Assembly: GCA_033442325.1 (NCBI GenBank)
Contig: JAWQFM010000003.1
Location: 2,270,524 to 2,334,523 of the forward strand
Origin: Salpingoeca rosetta
Taxonomy: Eukaryota > Protista > Choanoflagellata
Reading direction: 5' to 3'
Length of the DNA: 64,000 bases
Of this stretch, positions 51,774 to 64,000 are shown one piece after another. Each line of letters begins with the position of its first letter. The stretch's first letter is position 1. Below the pieces are notes generated by a model, which saw only the letters and a program-made list of their open reading frames with translations, made no database searches and had not been told where the DNA came from. The position numbers and the translations under genes were made by a program.

Positions 51774-53358
51774 TCACTTGTGCTGGCTGTCAGCGCCAAA
51801 CTGGAACGAGCGCCGACGAAAATGCGGCGTCGATGTTGGCGACGACGGAGGGCGCGGCGATGACGACGAAGGCGACACGGAGTTGGCCGTTGCCGTTGGA
51901 CTGACGCTGGCGGTGGCGCGGCTGGTGAGGCTGCGACTCGTTGCCGGCGAAGCAGACGGGGATGCGGGTGTGAGGAGGTTGACCGACGCAAAGCTGGCGC
52001 CCTTCTTCAAGGCCGTCGATGCAGGCGTGCGGGTCAAGTTGGGGCTGTAGTGCGCAGCGTTGGATGAAAGGTTGCCGCTTCGCCCACGACGAGCGTCGTC
52101 GCAATCCCTCATGACACGGGTGTGCTGCTGCTGGTCCCGCTGCTGCTGGTCCTGGAAGTGGTGGTGGTGCCCTTCCTCCTGCATACCATGCGTTTCCTGT
52201 TCTTGATTTCCCCAAAGTCGCGCACTGGTATCAGAGACCTCAGCGCTCAACGCCCCATGCTTCGACTCGTCTGGCTTATCGCTGTCGCCATCTTCCTCTG
52301 CATTCTCCTTTGCATCTTCAGTTGAGGAATCCTCAAATGAGTCCACGCGCACGTGTGGCCCATTGCTTGCAAGCACGCCGCCCCCGCGCTTGTGCGGTGG
52401 TCCCATTGGCCGACTGCTCAGCATGCGCTCGCTCGTCTCTGAGCGGAGATTGACATGTGATGCGTCACCACTGCTGTCGACAGCGCGACCCTGCGCATCA
52501 TCACCACAGGCACCATCGCGCCCGTCTCTCAAGCCATCGTGTCCAGCACCACCACTGCTATTGCCACCATCACCATCACCGCCACCATTCTCATCGCCAT
52601 CATTGTCGCTGCTGTCATTGTCGCTGCTGCTGTGCGTGGGGACGAGACCAAACTGCGCGCGGCGGCGCGGGTGTGGGCAGTCCATACCAACTTCCTCTCC
52701 ATACATGTCGGACACAGCATCGTCACGGTCACTACCACTGCTCCCATCATCACGAGGATAACTGCCATCAACAGCACCGTCCTCGTCGCCATCGTCATTG
52801 TCACTGTCGCCAACGTTGTCGCGCCGCGTCGTGCTGTGGGCGGCGTGATCCCTGTCATCATCGCCATCAGCCAGGCCCTGCCCGTCACCCCACGCGTGTG
52901 CACTCATTCTGTCGGGAGCAGAGAGGTTGTACGTGCGCGAGAGGGAGACTCTTGCTTGCCGTGCCGTCTGCCGCATCTTGTTTGCACGTGCAACGAACGT
53001 GGGAGACACGCCACGGTCAACCAACGCCTGGCCCTCCGCTGCTTCAAACCGGGTGCCATTGCCAACGCTGTCGTGGCCATCATCTTCATCATCACCATCA
53101 CCAAAAAAGTCATCATCCACGTCACTGTCGTCAGGGTGGAAGTCGGCACTGTTGAACGTAAACGCGAGGTCAGGTCCAATCTCATCATCACCATCATCAT
53201 CATCATCATCATCATTGTCAGCATCATCTGGGTGTGTGTGCGTGAATTTGTCTTCGCCCGCCGCCTGTGCCAGCAGTCGCTCCTGTGCAATTTGCATCTG
53301 CGACGGACTCATGGACATGTCACGCATGTGTTCTGACAGAAACATTATTCGTGTGTGC

Positions 53359-53395
<37 letters not shown>

Positions 53396-54296
53396 CGTGT
53401 GTGTGTGTGGGGGGGGGGGAGTTGATGTGAGGAAAAGCAGGGTGTCTCAAAGCCGGTGGCAGAACGGAATTTCCCACATGTACAGAGCAGCACGCGCACC
53501 TACATCGATGTACCTCACAAATACACGCCAAACACACACACACACACACGCACACACACACGCATACACACGCACACACACGCATACACACACAAGTTCG
53601 CATACGCCTCACCTTCCACCCATTCAGGGAGTTTGTGGTCGTTTGTGCCAATGGGTCCGAGGACGAGGCGCGAGTCAATCTCCATTGCATCTGGCACCTG
53701 GCTACTGCGACGCCGCGAGCGGGACGGCACACCCGGCAGCTTGTTATACTTGGAGAACTGCTCCGAGGTCGCAATGTTGAGCGTTTCATTGTCTGTATGC
53801 GTGTGTTTGTGTGTGCATGTTCAAGTGTGTGTTACGTGACATGATGTGACATGCATGAGTGTTTGGGCTTGCACTCACTAAAACGAGTACAACTGAGGGC
53901 ACACACACAAACACACACGCACGCACACACGCACGATCAGCTGTGCGGGGCATGTGGCATTGCAGTCGCTTTCGACAACACACCATCCACATCGTCGCCC
54001 GTGTCCACGTAGAGAACTGCGTCGGAGAGCGGGCGCAGGGACGAGCGCCGGCGGCGTGACGGTGCCGGTGGTGGCGGCGCAGCAGGGCCGGGCTCCTGCA
54101 GCAGTTTCGACAGGCCGTCAATGGATTTGGAGAGCTCCAACAACGACCTACACAGAGACGAGCAAGGGTGCGCGTGAGTTGGAAGGGGGGAAGGAGTGTA
54201 TGAGAGGAGACAAAGAGTCGGTTGCACAGCACATGGATGACGTGACGATGGACAAGATTATCCAGCACGAAACGGGGAGTGGATTCTTGAGGTTCC

Positions 54297-54373
<77 letters not shown>

Positions 54374-55602
54374 CACAGAGACACACACACAACACAACAC
54401 AACACAACACAACACAGCACAGCACAACACAACACAACACAACACAACACAACACAACACAACACACTTTGTTGGAGGGGCGGGCACGCCGCTGGAGCGC
54501 CTTCGCAGGAGTGGCGAGGAAGGAGATGTCAGTTTGGAAAGGTTCTGCATGCTGTATGCAAACCGCTTGCCGCCGTCGAGGGCGCCGAATTCTGAGCTAT
54601 CGTGAGGGCTGTGGTCGTCGGGGTGACGGCGGTACGTACTGCTGCTGTTGCTGTTGCCGCTGCTGTTGTGAATGCCGCCCTGTGTGGAGCGCATGAGCTC
54701 GATGGTCAAATCGGACGACTTGTTGCGACGGTGGCCGGACCGCCTGCGAGCAGCGCCAGGTGCAGGGTGGAAGAACGATGCGGGCTTGGGGCACGTCGCT
54801 GCTTGTGTTGAGGGGAAGAGGCTTGAGTTTCGACGGCTTGTTGAGCGCGATGCGGAGCTCTCGTCCGAGAAGCCAGCAGCGGAGAGGTCTTCAACACAAC
54901 AAGTTGGCCAGGGCATACACGTGTGTGTGTGTGTGTTGATGGGGGGGGGGTTGATAATTGGTGGTGGTGGTGGTGGTGGTATGGTGGGTGGAGACAACGG
55001 CGAGGTAAGTCAAAGTTGCGGTCAGGGCAGAAGAATGTGAGCGAGAAGGAAAGCAGATGATGGGGGGAAGGGAGATGGCAACATGGGATGGGGGGCGGAA
55101 AGGTTGCAATGCGGGAGAAAGCACAACCATACCACAGCCACACCAGACAAAACAACAACGCCCCACCAACCATCAACCACTAACACGAATCCATAAGCAA
55201 TACGTACAACCTGACACACCCACCCAAGCATCTCATGACAACAAACTGTTGGCTCGAACATCATCATCATCATCAACCCAACCCGCTAACCACCACCCGC
55301 AAGTGCCACCACCACCATCATCAACACCACCACCATGAATCACGTCCGCAATGGACTGATGCCTACACCATCAGTTCCAAGCCCGTGCCAAACGCATGGG
55401 TGCAAAGGACAGCGCAAGCACACAGCACGAGACAAGGCGTGCGCCCACCATCCGACAACAATAGCCCTTCCCCCAACCGTCAAAATCAAAACGCACCGAC
55501 AGAAGCCCGCACACGCGGCATGGCTTGGGATTGCCTTCTTGAGCGGCTGTGGGAGGGTGATGCAGCCTCATCTGTGCTGCTGCGTATTCTCTCATCGCCC
55601 AT
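51774..55602 (-). CDS. Uncharacterised Ser/Asp/Arg-rich disordered protein; multi-exon, boundaries approximate
   Basis: Candidate start MGDERIRSS at 55602. Exons at ~54470-54890 (HRRNKSSDLTIE, RRRSSG), ~54005-54147, ~53612-53790, and a long terminal exon 51774-53335. Confidence 0.55.
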
Positions 55603-56253
55603 TGTTGGTGTAGCTGGTGCTGCTGTTTCGGGGTGCTGCTGCTCTTGCACACACATCCACGCGCGCGTGTGCGCTCACCAGGAACGGGCAGCCTACTTGA
55701 CTGGTTGGATAATATGCGGGTTGGTGATGGATGGCTTGTGGTTGGCGAAATGTGTTTGTGTGTGCGTGTGGGTGTGAGCGTGTGAGTGTGAGTGTGAGTG
55801 TGAGTGTGAGTGTGAGTGGCTGGGGAGGCTGGTCGGTTCTGTGGGTTGCCCTTGTGTGTGGGTGCGCACGTCAACTTTCGTGCCAGCTTCACGTCAGCGC
55901 GGGGTGGGTGGCCACCAACTATGCAAGCAAAGCACAGTTTCGCTGCCCGTGACGTGAATCAAATTTTCACACACACACACACAAAACACAAACAAGAAAA
56001 AAGCAACGAACGCAACAAACAAACGTTGCCAAGCAAGTGAGCTTTTGGCTGCTTGCGAATGTGGCACCGCCAGGCACACCAGACTGACGGAGGTTTGGGG
56101 TCGTTTATTTTGCTAGAGCAAGAGGTATTGTTCACGTCACGAAGATGGGTTGATGATGACATGTCATCATCATAATGTCATTGGCATTCTCACATTGGGG
56201 TTGGTCTCACACTGTCATCACATCGCACATCACACATTTCCTTCTGTCACTAC

Positions 56254-56339
56254 TCACACCCATTGATGGCTGCGTGCCAAGGGAGGGGCGCTCAATGAAG
56301 AACTGGTACTGCTGCGATCACCAGTGGGAGCACCACCAC

Positions 56340-56372
<33 letters not shown>

Positions 56373-56831
56373 CCAGCGTGCCGGTGCCACCGTCACTGCT
56401 CGCCACAGTCCATGTCATGCCATCACCCGAGGGGCGAAAGGTGGAAGGCAGCAGGACACCCCATATGGATCTGCCACCGTCAATGCCCAAGAACAAACGC
56501 CACCGCTGCCCAATCGTGTGCCGCTGCTGTGGTGCAGAATACACCTGCAGACACGCGCGCGCGCACGTGTGTGTTTGGTATGTGTGTGTATGTGTGTATG
56601 TGTGTGAGTGTGAGTGTGTGAGTGTGAGTGAGTGCGGGTGTGTGAGTGTGAGTGTGAGCGTGTGAGTGTGAGTGTGAGTGTGTGTGGTAAGCCTGACACA
56701 TTAGGTGTACGAGTGAAAATTTGTGGAGGAACAGGTACGGGAGGAGAGAGGAGAAGGAGGTTTGGCTCACGTGCAGGGCAAGCCGGTGTGCACGCAACAC
56801 GAAACACACACACACACACACACACAATTGC

Positions 56832-56862
<31 letters not shown>

Positions 56863-57135
56863 ACTGCACACGCACACGCACGCGCACACACACAACTGCA
56901 CACACAGACACATACCGGCCTGTCCTTCTTTGCTTGGTCTGGTTTGAACGTGGCATAGTACTCGATGGTCGTTTCGCCGCGCGAGACGAGATACACGTGC
57001 CTGCAAGTGGGGCATGGGCGACGACAAACGAAGTGAAGACACATGTGGGTGAGGGAGTATGTGAGCGTGAAGGAGAGGCACAGAGAAAGAGGGGCAAACT
57101 CAGGGACAAGCAGCTACCTCTCCTCCTCCCACGCA

Positions 57136-57182
<47 letters not shown>

Positions 57183-57815
57183 ACGCACACACACACACAG
57201 CTTGATCCTACCAGAAGAGCAGCAATCCGAGTGCAATCCCAACAGCGACGGTGAGGACAAATGCGAACGTCACAACGGGGCCGAGGTACTGGGCAGCAGG
57301 AGGAGATGCGCAGTTGGAATTCACACAATGCGAGACGAAATCATGAGCAAAGAAGCATGGCATGACATCCATCAGCAACTGCAACAAGCACACACGCACA
57401 CATACATATTCTCACACAAAAGTACACACACACGCACACACACACACACACAGACGTACACAATAACACGTCAACAACACCACAACTCACGCCAGCGAGG
57501 AGAAGGCGGCGGATCTCAATCTTGTCGGCGTTTGTTAGCGTGTCGTAGTGGAACCGCCAGCGGTAGCGAAGGAGAAACAGGGGCGCACACACCGCGCCCA
57601 CATACACGCACCCGACCCACAGGTAGGCCATGAAGAGGAAGAAGTACCGGTGGTTGCGAAACCCAATGCAGTTGTGGACCCAAGGGCAGTGATGGTCCAT
57701 TTTCAACACACAGCTGTTCATGTGCAGGTGATGAGCAAACAAGCGGGGGGGGGGAGGGGCTGTATGAGGCACGGGCAACTTTCATTGGGTGGGGCGTGTA
57801 GCAGGCGCAACTTGA

Positions 57816-57883
<68 letters not shown>

Positions 57884-59040
57884 CACACACACACACACGC
57901 ACACACACACACACACGCAGGCAGGCAGGCAGGCGTCTGCGTACCGCTTGCACACGCTGCAGTGATGCGTTCTGACTGGCTTGACACTGTCACCTGCAAA
58001 GCAGCATTGTGACAAGGAGTGTGACGCAACACTGGGCGCTAACGCACGCACAGAGAGAGAGACAGAGAGCAACGCAGCCACAAGTGCACTCACACTCACA
58101 CTCGCACACACACACACACACAGCAGCAGCAGCAGCCACACGCACACATGCGCGCGCACATTTCTTGCAAAAGGATTCGCCCGGCTGCAGCATGATGTCG
58201 TTGAGTCTCATCTGCAGAACCCAAAAGCACATGGCATAGTGGCGATGATAAGACGGCAACTGCGTACCAACACACAGAGGAAGAGGGGAGGAGAAAGACA
58301 GAGAGTAGGCACAGAGACAGAGCGGTAGACGTCGAGGTTTTAGACTCACACACACACACACACACACACACTCACTCACTCACTCACTCACACACATACA
58401 CAGGCACAAAGGCGCACACAAAGTGGTACCTTGGGTGGGTAGCCTGGGCTGGTGATGGTAACCATGAGGTAGTTGAAGATGATGTTGATGAGAAGCCAGT
58501 GGGTGAACACGACATGTGCGGCAAACCCAAGTGAGGACGTCTCCTGTTGTATGTACGGCGCCAGCACCTGCGCACGCAGCCAGACGTCATTTGAGTGAAA
58601 GGCATCATCTGCACATGCGTGCAGGTTGTGCGTGGCAGAGATGGACTAACAACTTGGCAGTGGAAAGCACGATGATCGATGCACACGACGATCGTGAGTG
58701 TGCTCACCTTGTACCATGCAATCACGATGCTGCCGATGAGCACCCACGCCAGTGGAACGAATACCTGCAGAGTAGTTGGGAGGAGAGGGGGAAGAAAGAC
58801 GGCATTAGGAGGCGAGAGAGTGTGTGAGTGAGTGAGTGTGTGTGAGTGAGAGAGAGTGTGTGCGTGTGGGGGGGGGGTGAGTGTGGTTGAGTGCGGGTGT
58901 GAGTGCGTGACATGGAGAGACTCTGTCAATGTGGAAGCATGCAAGGTGGAGAGGTAAGGAGCCAAGGGAGAGAAAGAGGGCAAGGACACATGTGCGCGCG
59001 TGCATACACGAGGACACAAACGCACACACACGCATGCATT

Positions 59041-59076
<36 letters not shown>

Positions 59077-59279
59077 AGCGCATGCATGCACATACTTACC
59101 CATCCCAGCATGTACATGAGGTTGTCTGCTACCCAGATGAATGTGTGGACGAGGAATCGAACACACGTGACCATGCCATGGCGAGTACGCGACGAGCAAC
59201 ACGGTCGACAGTTGTGCTCCACCTCCGCCGCCATGAACGCATCCAACGCCTTCAAATCCTCAACAGGCAACGGCTCCAT
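56254..59279 (-). CDS. ZDHHC16: DHHC palmitoyltransferase, ZDHHC16-like; multi-exon
   Basis: [23 protein letters not shown]; [48 protein letters not shown]; [13 protein letters not shown]; C-terminal [31 protein letters not shown], which resembles the ZDHHC16 subfamily. Confidence 0.88.
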
Positions 59280-59348
59280 CGCCCTTTTGCTTGGCTTGAA
59301 GTTGTGGTCTCGTTGATAAAAGCAAATCGTCTCCGTTAAACATCACCA

Positions 59349-59420
59349 GCGCTCATGGTCCAATGGCTAGGATCCAACCCTCCCACGGTTGGGGTCCGGG
59401 TTCGATTCCCGGTGAGCGTA
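59349..59420 (+). tRNA. tRNA-Gly (anticodon CCC)
   Basis: Acceptor stem GCGCTCA/TGAGCGT, A-box TGGTCCAATGG, anticodon arm CAACC-CT CCC AC-GGTTG, T arm CCGGG-TTCGATT-CCCGG. Confidence 0.96.
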
Positions 59421-59423
59421 CGG

Positions 59424-59430
59424 TTTTTTT
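59424..59430 (+). terminator. RNA polymerase III T-run terminator
   Basis: T7 run 3 nt after the tRNA 3' end. Confidence 0.85.
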
Positions 59431-59718
59431 CTTTTCGACGGCGGTGGCACAGCTGCGTGTGTGTAAGCCACACAAGGAAGGAAGCAAGGCCATGGTACTC
59501 CCTCACACACGCGCGAAGGGGCCCGAGCCACCTCTTTTTCTGTCTGTCTCTCGTCGCCCAAGTTCAAGAGTTCACGCCACTGCTGCGCTCCGTTGTTTGG
59601 TGGTCGATCTAATCGATGCCCAGATGATGGATGATACATTATTATTGGTCATTGGTGTACTGCAAAATGTTGTAACCACTGTAACCTGTGCCCAGCGCGA
59701 GCAGTCAACAATGTAGCT

Positions 59719-59845
<127 letters not shown>

Positions 59846-60050
59846 GCAAGCACACACGCAAGCACACACACCACCAGACCACCACTATTCACACAAGCAA
59901 TTGCAAGCCGCCATCCGCTCATCATCAAAAGCAACACAACAACATGCATCGCGCGCGGTGTGTCAAAAACAAAGAGACAAAGCAACGCTCCCACTCGGTA
60001 CATAGCTCATGCCCAATCCCCCTTCCTTCCACTTACTCCGTCCATCCCGT

Positions 60051-60909
60051 CTACTTGACGGAATTCTTGCCAAACACAGCCTCTACAAACTCGCGCGATT
60101 CCCGCCGTGAGAGGTCGCTGGCCTGGCTCGCGTTCTCCACGACTAGCTCCTCGCGCTCGCTGGTTGGGCTGCGGGACGCAATGGATGAAGGGAACTCTTC
60201 TACTTGCGTTGATGCCATAGACGACGGAATCTCGTTCATCTCCTGCACACTGATGAGGGACTGCGCAACATTGCAACATTGCAGCATTTCAGAGCACAAA
60301 CGAAACATACACAGTCGTGGTGTGAGTGACCCGAGGAAATCATCAGCCTGTGCTTGTGGCAGTCGTCGACACATGGCTGATGACCACGACCCTTGATACA
60401 AGCACTGATTGCACACACACACACACATTGCACACACACACACACATTGCACACACACATTGCACACACACACACACACACACAAAGCAACAGCAACAGC
60501 AACAACAACAGCAACAACGTTAAACAACAGCAGCGCCAGCAGTATACCGAAGTGTGGGGCATGGTGCCGTTGCGTCCCGAGCGCCAGTTGAGCTCCTGTG
60601 TCGTCTTCATGGACGACGGCAACTTCTTGGATGCGCGCGTCATGTGGCTGTGGAACTGCTCGCGCTTGCCTCTCACCGTGGCTTGCACCGTCTTGTCCCG
60701 CACGCAGTGGAACACAAAGATGAACAAGCCCTACAACGGCCATGCCACCACGAAGCCGACAAACAACACCCATGAGTGCGTGGGTTGTGACAAAGAACCT
60801 CCAAGTGACACTTGACGTGCACACAGCACAAACACGCATGCAGATGGTGAAGGGAGCAGCAACAACCGCACACCCACACACCCACCCACACCCACACCCA
60901 CACCCACCC

Positions 60910-60949
<40 letters not shown>

Positions 60950-62496
60950 ACCCACACACAAGCACCTGGAAAGCGTTGAGGATTGCAAACAGATACTGCG
61001 TCTCCAAACTCCCTGAGATGGCCACGACTCCAAAGACCCAAGTAATGCCCATGACGCAGAAGAAGCTGGCACTGACTTTGGCACTGTTGGGTATGGTGTT
61101 GTGTGTGGTGCGCTTTGTCATGAGCTTATGGACAGGCATCACAGCACGAACGCAAGCATGCCACAAGCCAAAATCACTCACGCTAAGCATGCACAAAAAC
61201 ACACACCCTCAAGGACACACAATCGCAGACGTACACAAATACACACACACACAACAAACAGATCGCTTGGCCACTCTGAACAATCACTTTGCCTCCCCAT
61301 ACAAGGAACAGAGGGAAATGTCACCTTCGAATGAGCATAGCACGCTTCCTGCTGTCGCTGTTGGTCATGCCGACGCCCAAGACCGATCGCAGAATCCGCA
61401 CGAAGAAGACAATGTTGAGGAAAACGACAACCACCAGCGGAGCAATAAACGCCCAGATGGCGCCGCTGCTCCACTTGAGCCAGCACACGTCGTAGTTGAC
61501 ATACCTATGAAGAAGGTGGTGATGGTGGTGGTGGCGGTGGCGGTGGTGGTGGAAATGTTAGCTGAGCAGCTAGACACCATCTTTGCTAGCGGCAACATCA
61601 CCACTGCGAAGGAGAGTCCCACACCACCCCTACCAGAACCAACACAATCACGCCTCCCTCTCACTCTCACTCTCACAAGAACGCACACACACACACACAC
61701 ACAACACCCCCACCATCACACCAGCGTCAACATCACAATCACCATCAACAGCAACACAGTGCACTTACTCATCTGCGCCAAGTGCGCCGCCGCTGCAGGC
61801 CACAATGAGGGCGGGTACACCGTAAGCGATGGCGGCGTAGCTGGCGTGCTTGGCCGCATCCGTCTTGCCGTTGTCAAAGACGACAACAAAGGTCTTGTAG
61901 AGGTGAATGCCCTCAATCAGCATCCAGGTGAACGAGGTGAGCAGGAAGTAGTGCAACGACGCCGCCACGGCTGTGCACTGCGATTTGCCCTGTCCGCCAC
62001 CGGTTCCCAGCACCAGCAGTAGCAGTGCTGTCGACAGGTTGATGCAGAGGTGCATAGTGATAATGCGCCCAATGGTGCGCAGCTTGCGGTACCAGGCAAA
62101 CACCGCAACGGTCAGCAGCATTGACGGAACAGACACCACCACGCCGCCAATCGTGATAATGTCCAGAGCGAGCTTGTTCGTGCTCGAAAGCGGTTTTGGC
62201 GACGTCAGTGTGGCAAAGTTGGTCAGATGCGTGCACTCGCACTCAACAACCGAGGGCGGCAGTCCCGTGGTGTTGGTGCGCGCACAGCCAGTGCCCTGCC
62301 ATGACCCAGACGAGGTGTCGTCTCCATCAAACTGCCAAAACACGCACGCATCATCGTCGCCCTCTGCTGGTGCCTCGGTCTTGTTCACACGGAAACGAAT
62401 CTGGTCACGGAGGGGTGGCACAGTGAAGATTGGCGGTGACGAGCAGGTGAGTGGTGGTTGTTAAGGATGGGATGCGCACACAAACGAATGGTAGAA

Positions 62497-62528
<32 letters not shown>

Positions 62529-62594
62529 GCAACAACAACAACAACAACTTAAACAACAACGACTTAAACAACAACAACAACAACAACAATGACG

Positions 62595-62666
<72 letters not shown>

Positions 62667-63346
62667 GCACATCACGCCGGCCAACTCACTGTGCCGTTAA
62701 AGGGCTGGTGCGTGTCCGAGTCTGCCTGGGCCAGGATGACTTGAGAGGAGATGAACGGCAAGCCCTTGTCCCGCCGCTTCTGCTGCAACTCCGCCGTCTC
62801 CTCTTCGACCGTTTCCTCGCTCAGAAACAGGCGTGGCGACGCGTAGACAGCAAAGCTGAAGTACGACGTCGGCGTTGCAGGGGACAGTTCAAGGCGTGAC
62901 TCTGTGCTGCCGCTGCCGCTGCCACTGGCAGTGCTGTCGTCATCGTCCCAGTAGCTGTCGGCGCTGTCCACGGTTGGTGGAAACACGACACGCGATTGGC
63001 TCGTGCCGTAGTTGAACGCAGCGACCTTCACATTCTGCTGCTCAATGATAAAAGATGAGTTGGCCGGCAGCGCGCGGGAAATGCTGCCCAGCGCCGTTGC
63101 AAACGCAGACGGTAGCGACGCAGACGAGCCGCTCTGTTGTCGCAACCACATGGCGGTGCACGGCAGTGCGTGAGAGAAGCACACATTCAGATGTTTGGCG
63201 CGTGGGTTGTGTGTGTATGTGTGTGTTTGAGTTAGGGAGCGAGACATGCAAAGGCTCAAGTTTGGGAAACATACACGCACAAGCACGCATGCGTCGCTCA
63301 CTTCACTCATTTTCGCTCTTTATCGCACCTCAGCTCAAATTCACAA

Positions 63347-63382
<36 letters not shown>

Positions 63383-64000
63383 ACAAACGCAAACAAAGCG
63401 CAAACACAACATACAATGGCACTTACACTGGTGATGTTGGCTTCAGCAGATTTGAGGGCTGCACTCGGCGCAGCAAGCATGTTGCTGATTGTCGATGTCA
63501 GACTCGTGGTGATGTTCCTCACGCTCTCCTCGGAGAGCGACGCGTTCAGCACGCGGCTCACAGACCCAATCACGTTCACAACCGCCTTGACATCCTCAGC
63601 GCCCATAAACTCTGTTGTTGTCGTCTCCTGGCTCAGGCTCGTTGCCACCTGCGCAACGTTCGTCGGGCTCAACGCCTCCGTCGCCAGCTCCAACAGGCGG
63701 TCGTTCCTGCACGCGGTGCTGTTGACGGCTCCAAGCACATTCAGCTTCGTGCATGTGCGCGTCGCAACAAGCGGGCGGGAGGTTGATGGACACTGCACAC
63801 TCGACACCGCGTTGCAGCCAACAACCGCGGGCCACGTCACCCCGTTAAGGACTTCGCTTGGGCAGCTGCACTTGGACTTCTTGGGCGCAGTGGTGGTCGT
63901 CGGCACGGGCGTGGTGGTCGTGGTGGCAACAGCGGCAACGCTGCTGCTTGGAGGTCCGCTGCCTATTGCCGTGTGTGCCTTCACCTGCACAGTGTACGCG
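60051..64000 (-). CDS. Adhesion GPCR (end of FN3 domain, HormR-like, GAIN/GPS, secretin-type 7TM); 5' part beyond the window
   Basis: YTVQVKAHTAIGSGPPS (FN3); CPSEVLNGVTWP..VQCP..ATRTC; GPS CVFWQF..GSWQGTGC..VECECTHLTNFATL; TMs ITMHLCINL, LHYFLLTSFTWMLIEGIHLY, MGITWVFG, YLFAILNAFQGLFIFVFHC; TAG at 60051. Confidence 0.92.
62496..62668. repeat. (CAG)/(CAA)n mixed tract, intronic in the GPCR gene
   Basis: Directly visible, between GAIN-domain exons. Confidence 0.9.

Noticed and set aside
60742-62022. 426-aa plus-strand ORF
   Set aside because: Antisense shadow of the GPCR exons plus microsatellites, with no recognisable domain.

Overview
Intron-rich, GC-rich eukaryotic DNA with (TG)n/(CA)n microsatellites in most introns. 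This style and the animal-like gene content suggest a choanoflagellate such as Salpingoeca (inference). Most ORF-track entries are microsatellite artefacts, so genes were rebuilt by hand from GT-AG exons, and CDS coordinates are spans that include introns. In order: a MUL1-like GIDE/RING ligase (5' truncated), an NSD-family H3K36 methyltransferase, Nup54, COX5A, eIF3h, MVD, a coiled-coil protein, an SH3-SH3-RhoGAP-SAM protein, a UBC12/UBE2M gene missing its catalytic exon(s), a secreted protein with a P-domain, a low-complexity protein, a UBTD1/2-like protein with exonic polyQ, a second low-complexity protein, ZDHHC16, tRNA-Gly(CCC), and an adhesion GPCR (5' truncated). The main finding is a ~172-nt element present three times, nearly identical, in three different introns of the NSD gene. 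It has the hairpin - H box - hairpin - ACA layout of a box H/ACA sno/scaRNA. The copies differ only in loops and at an H-box N position, and they diverge one base after the ACA box.
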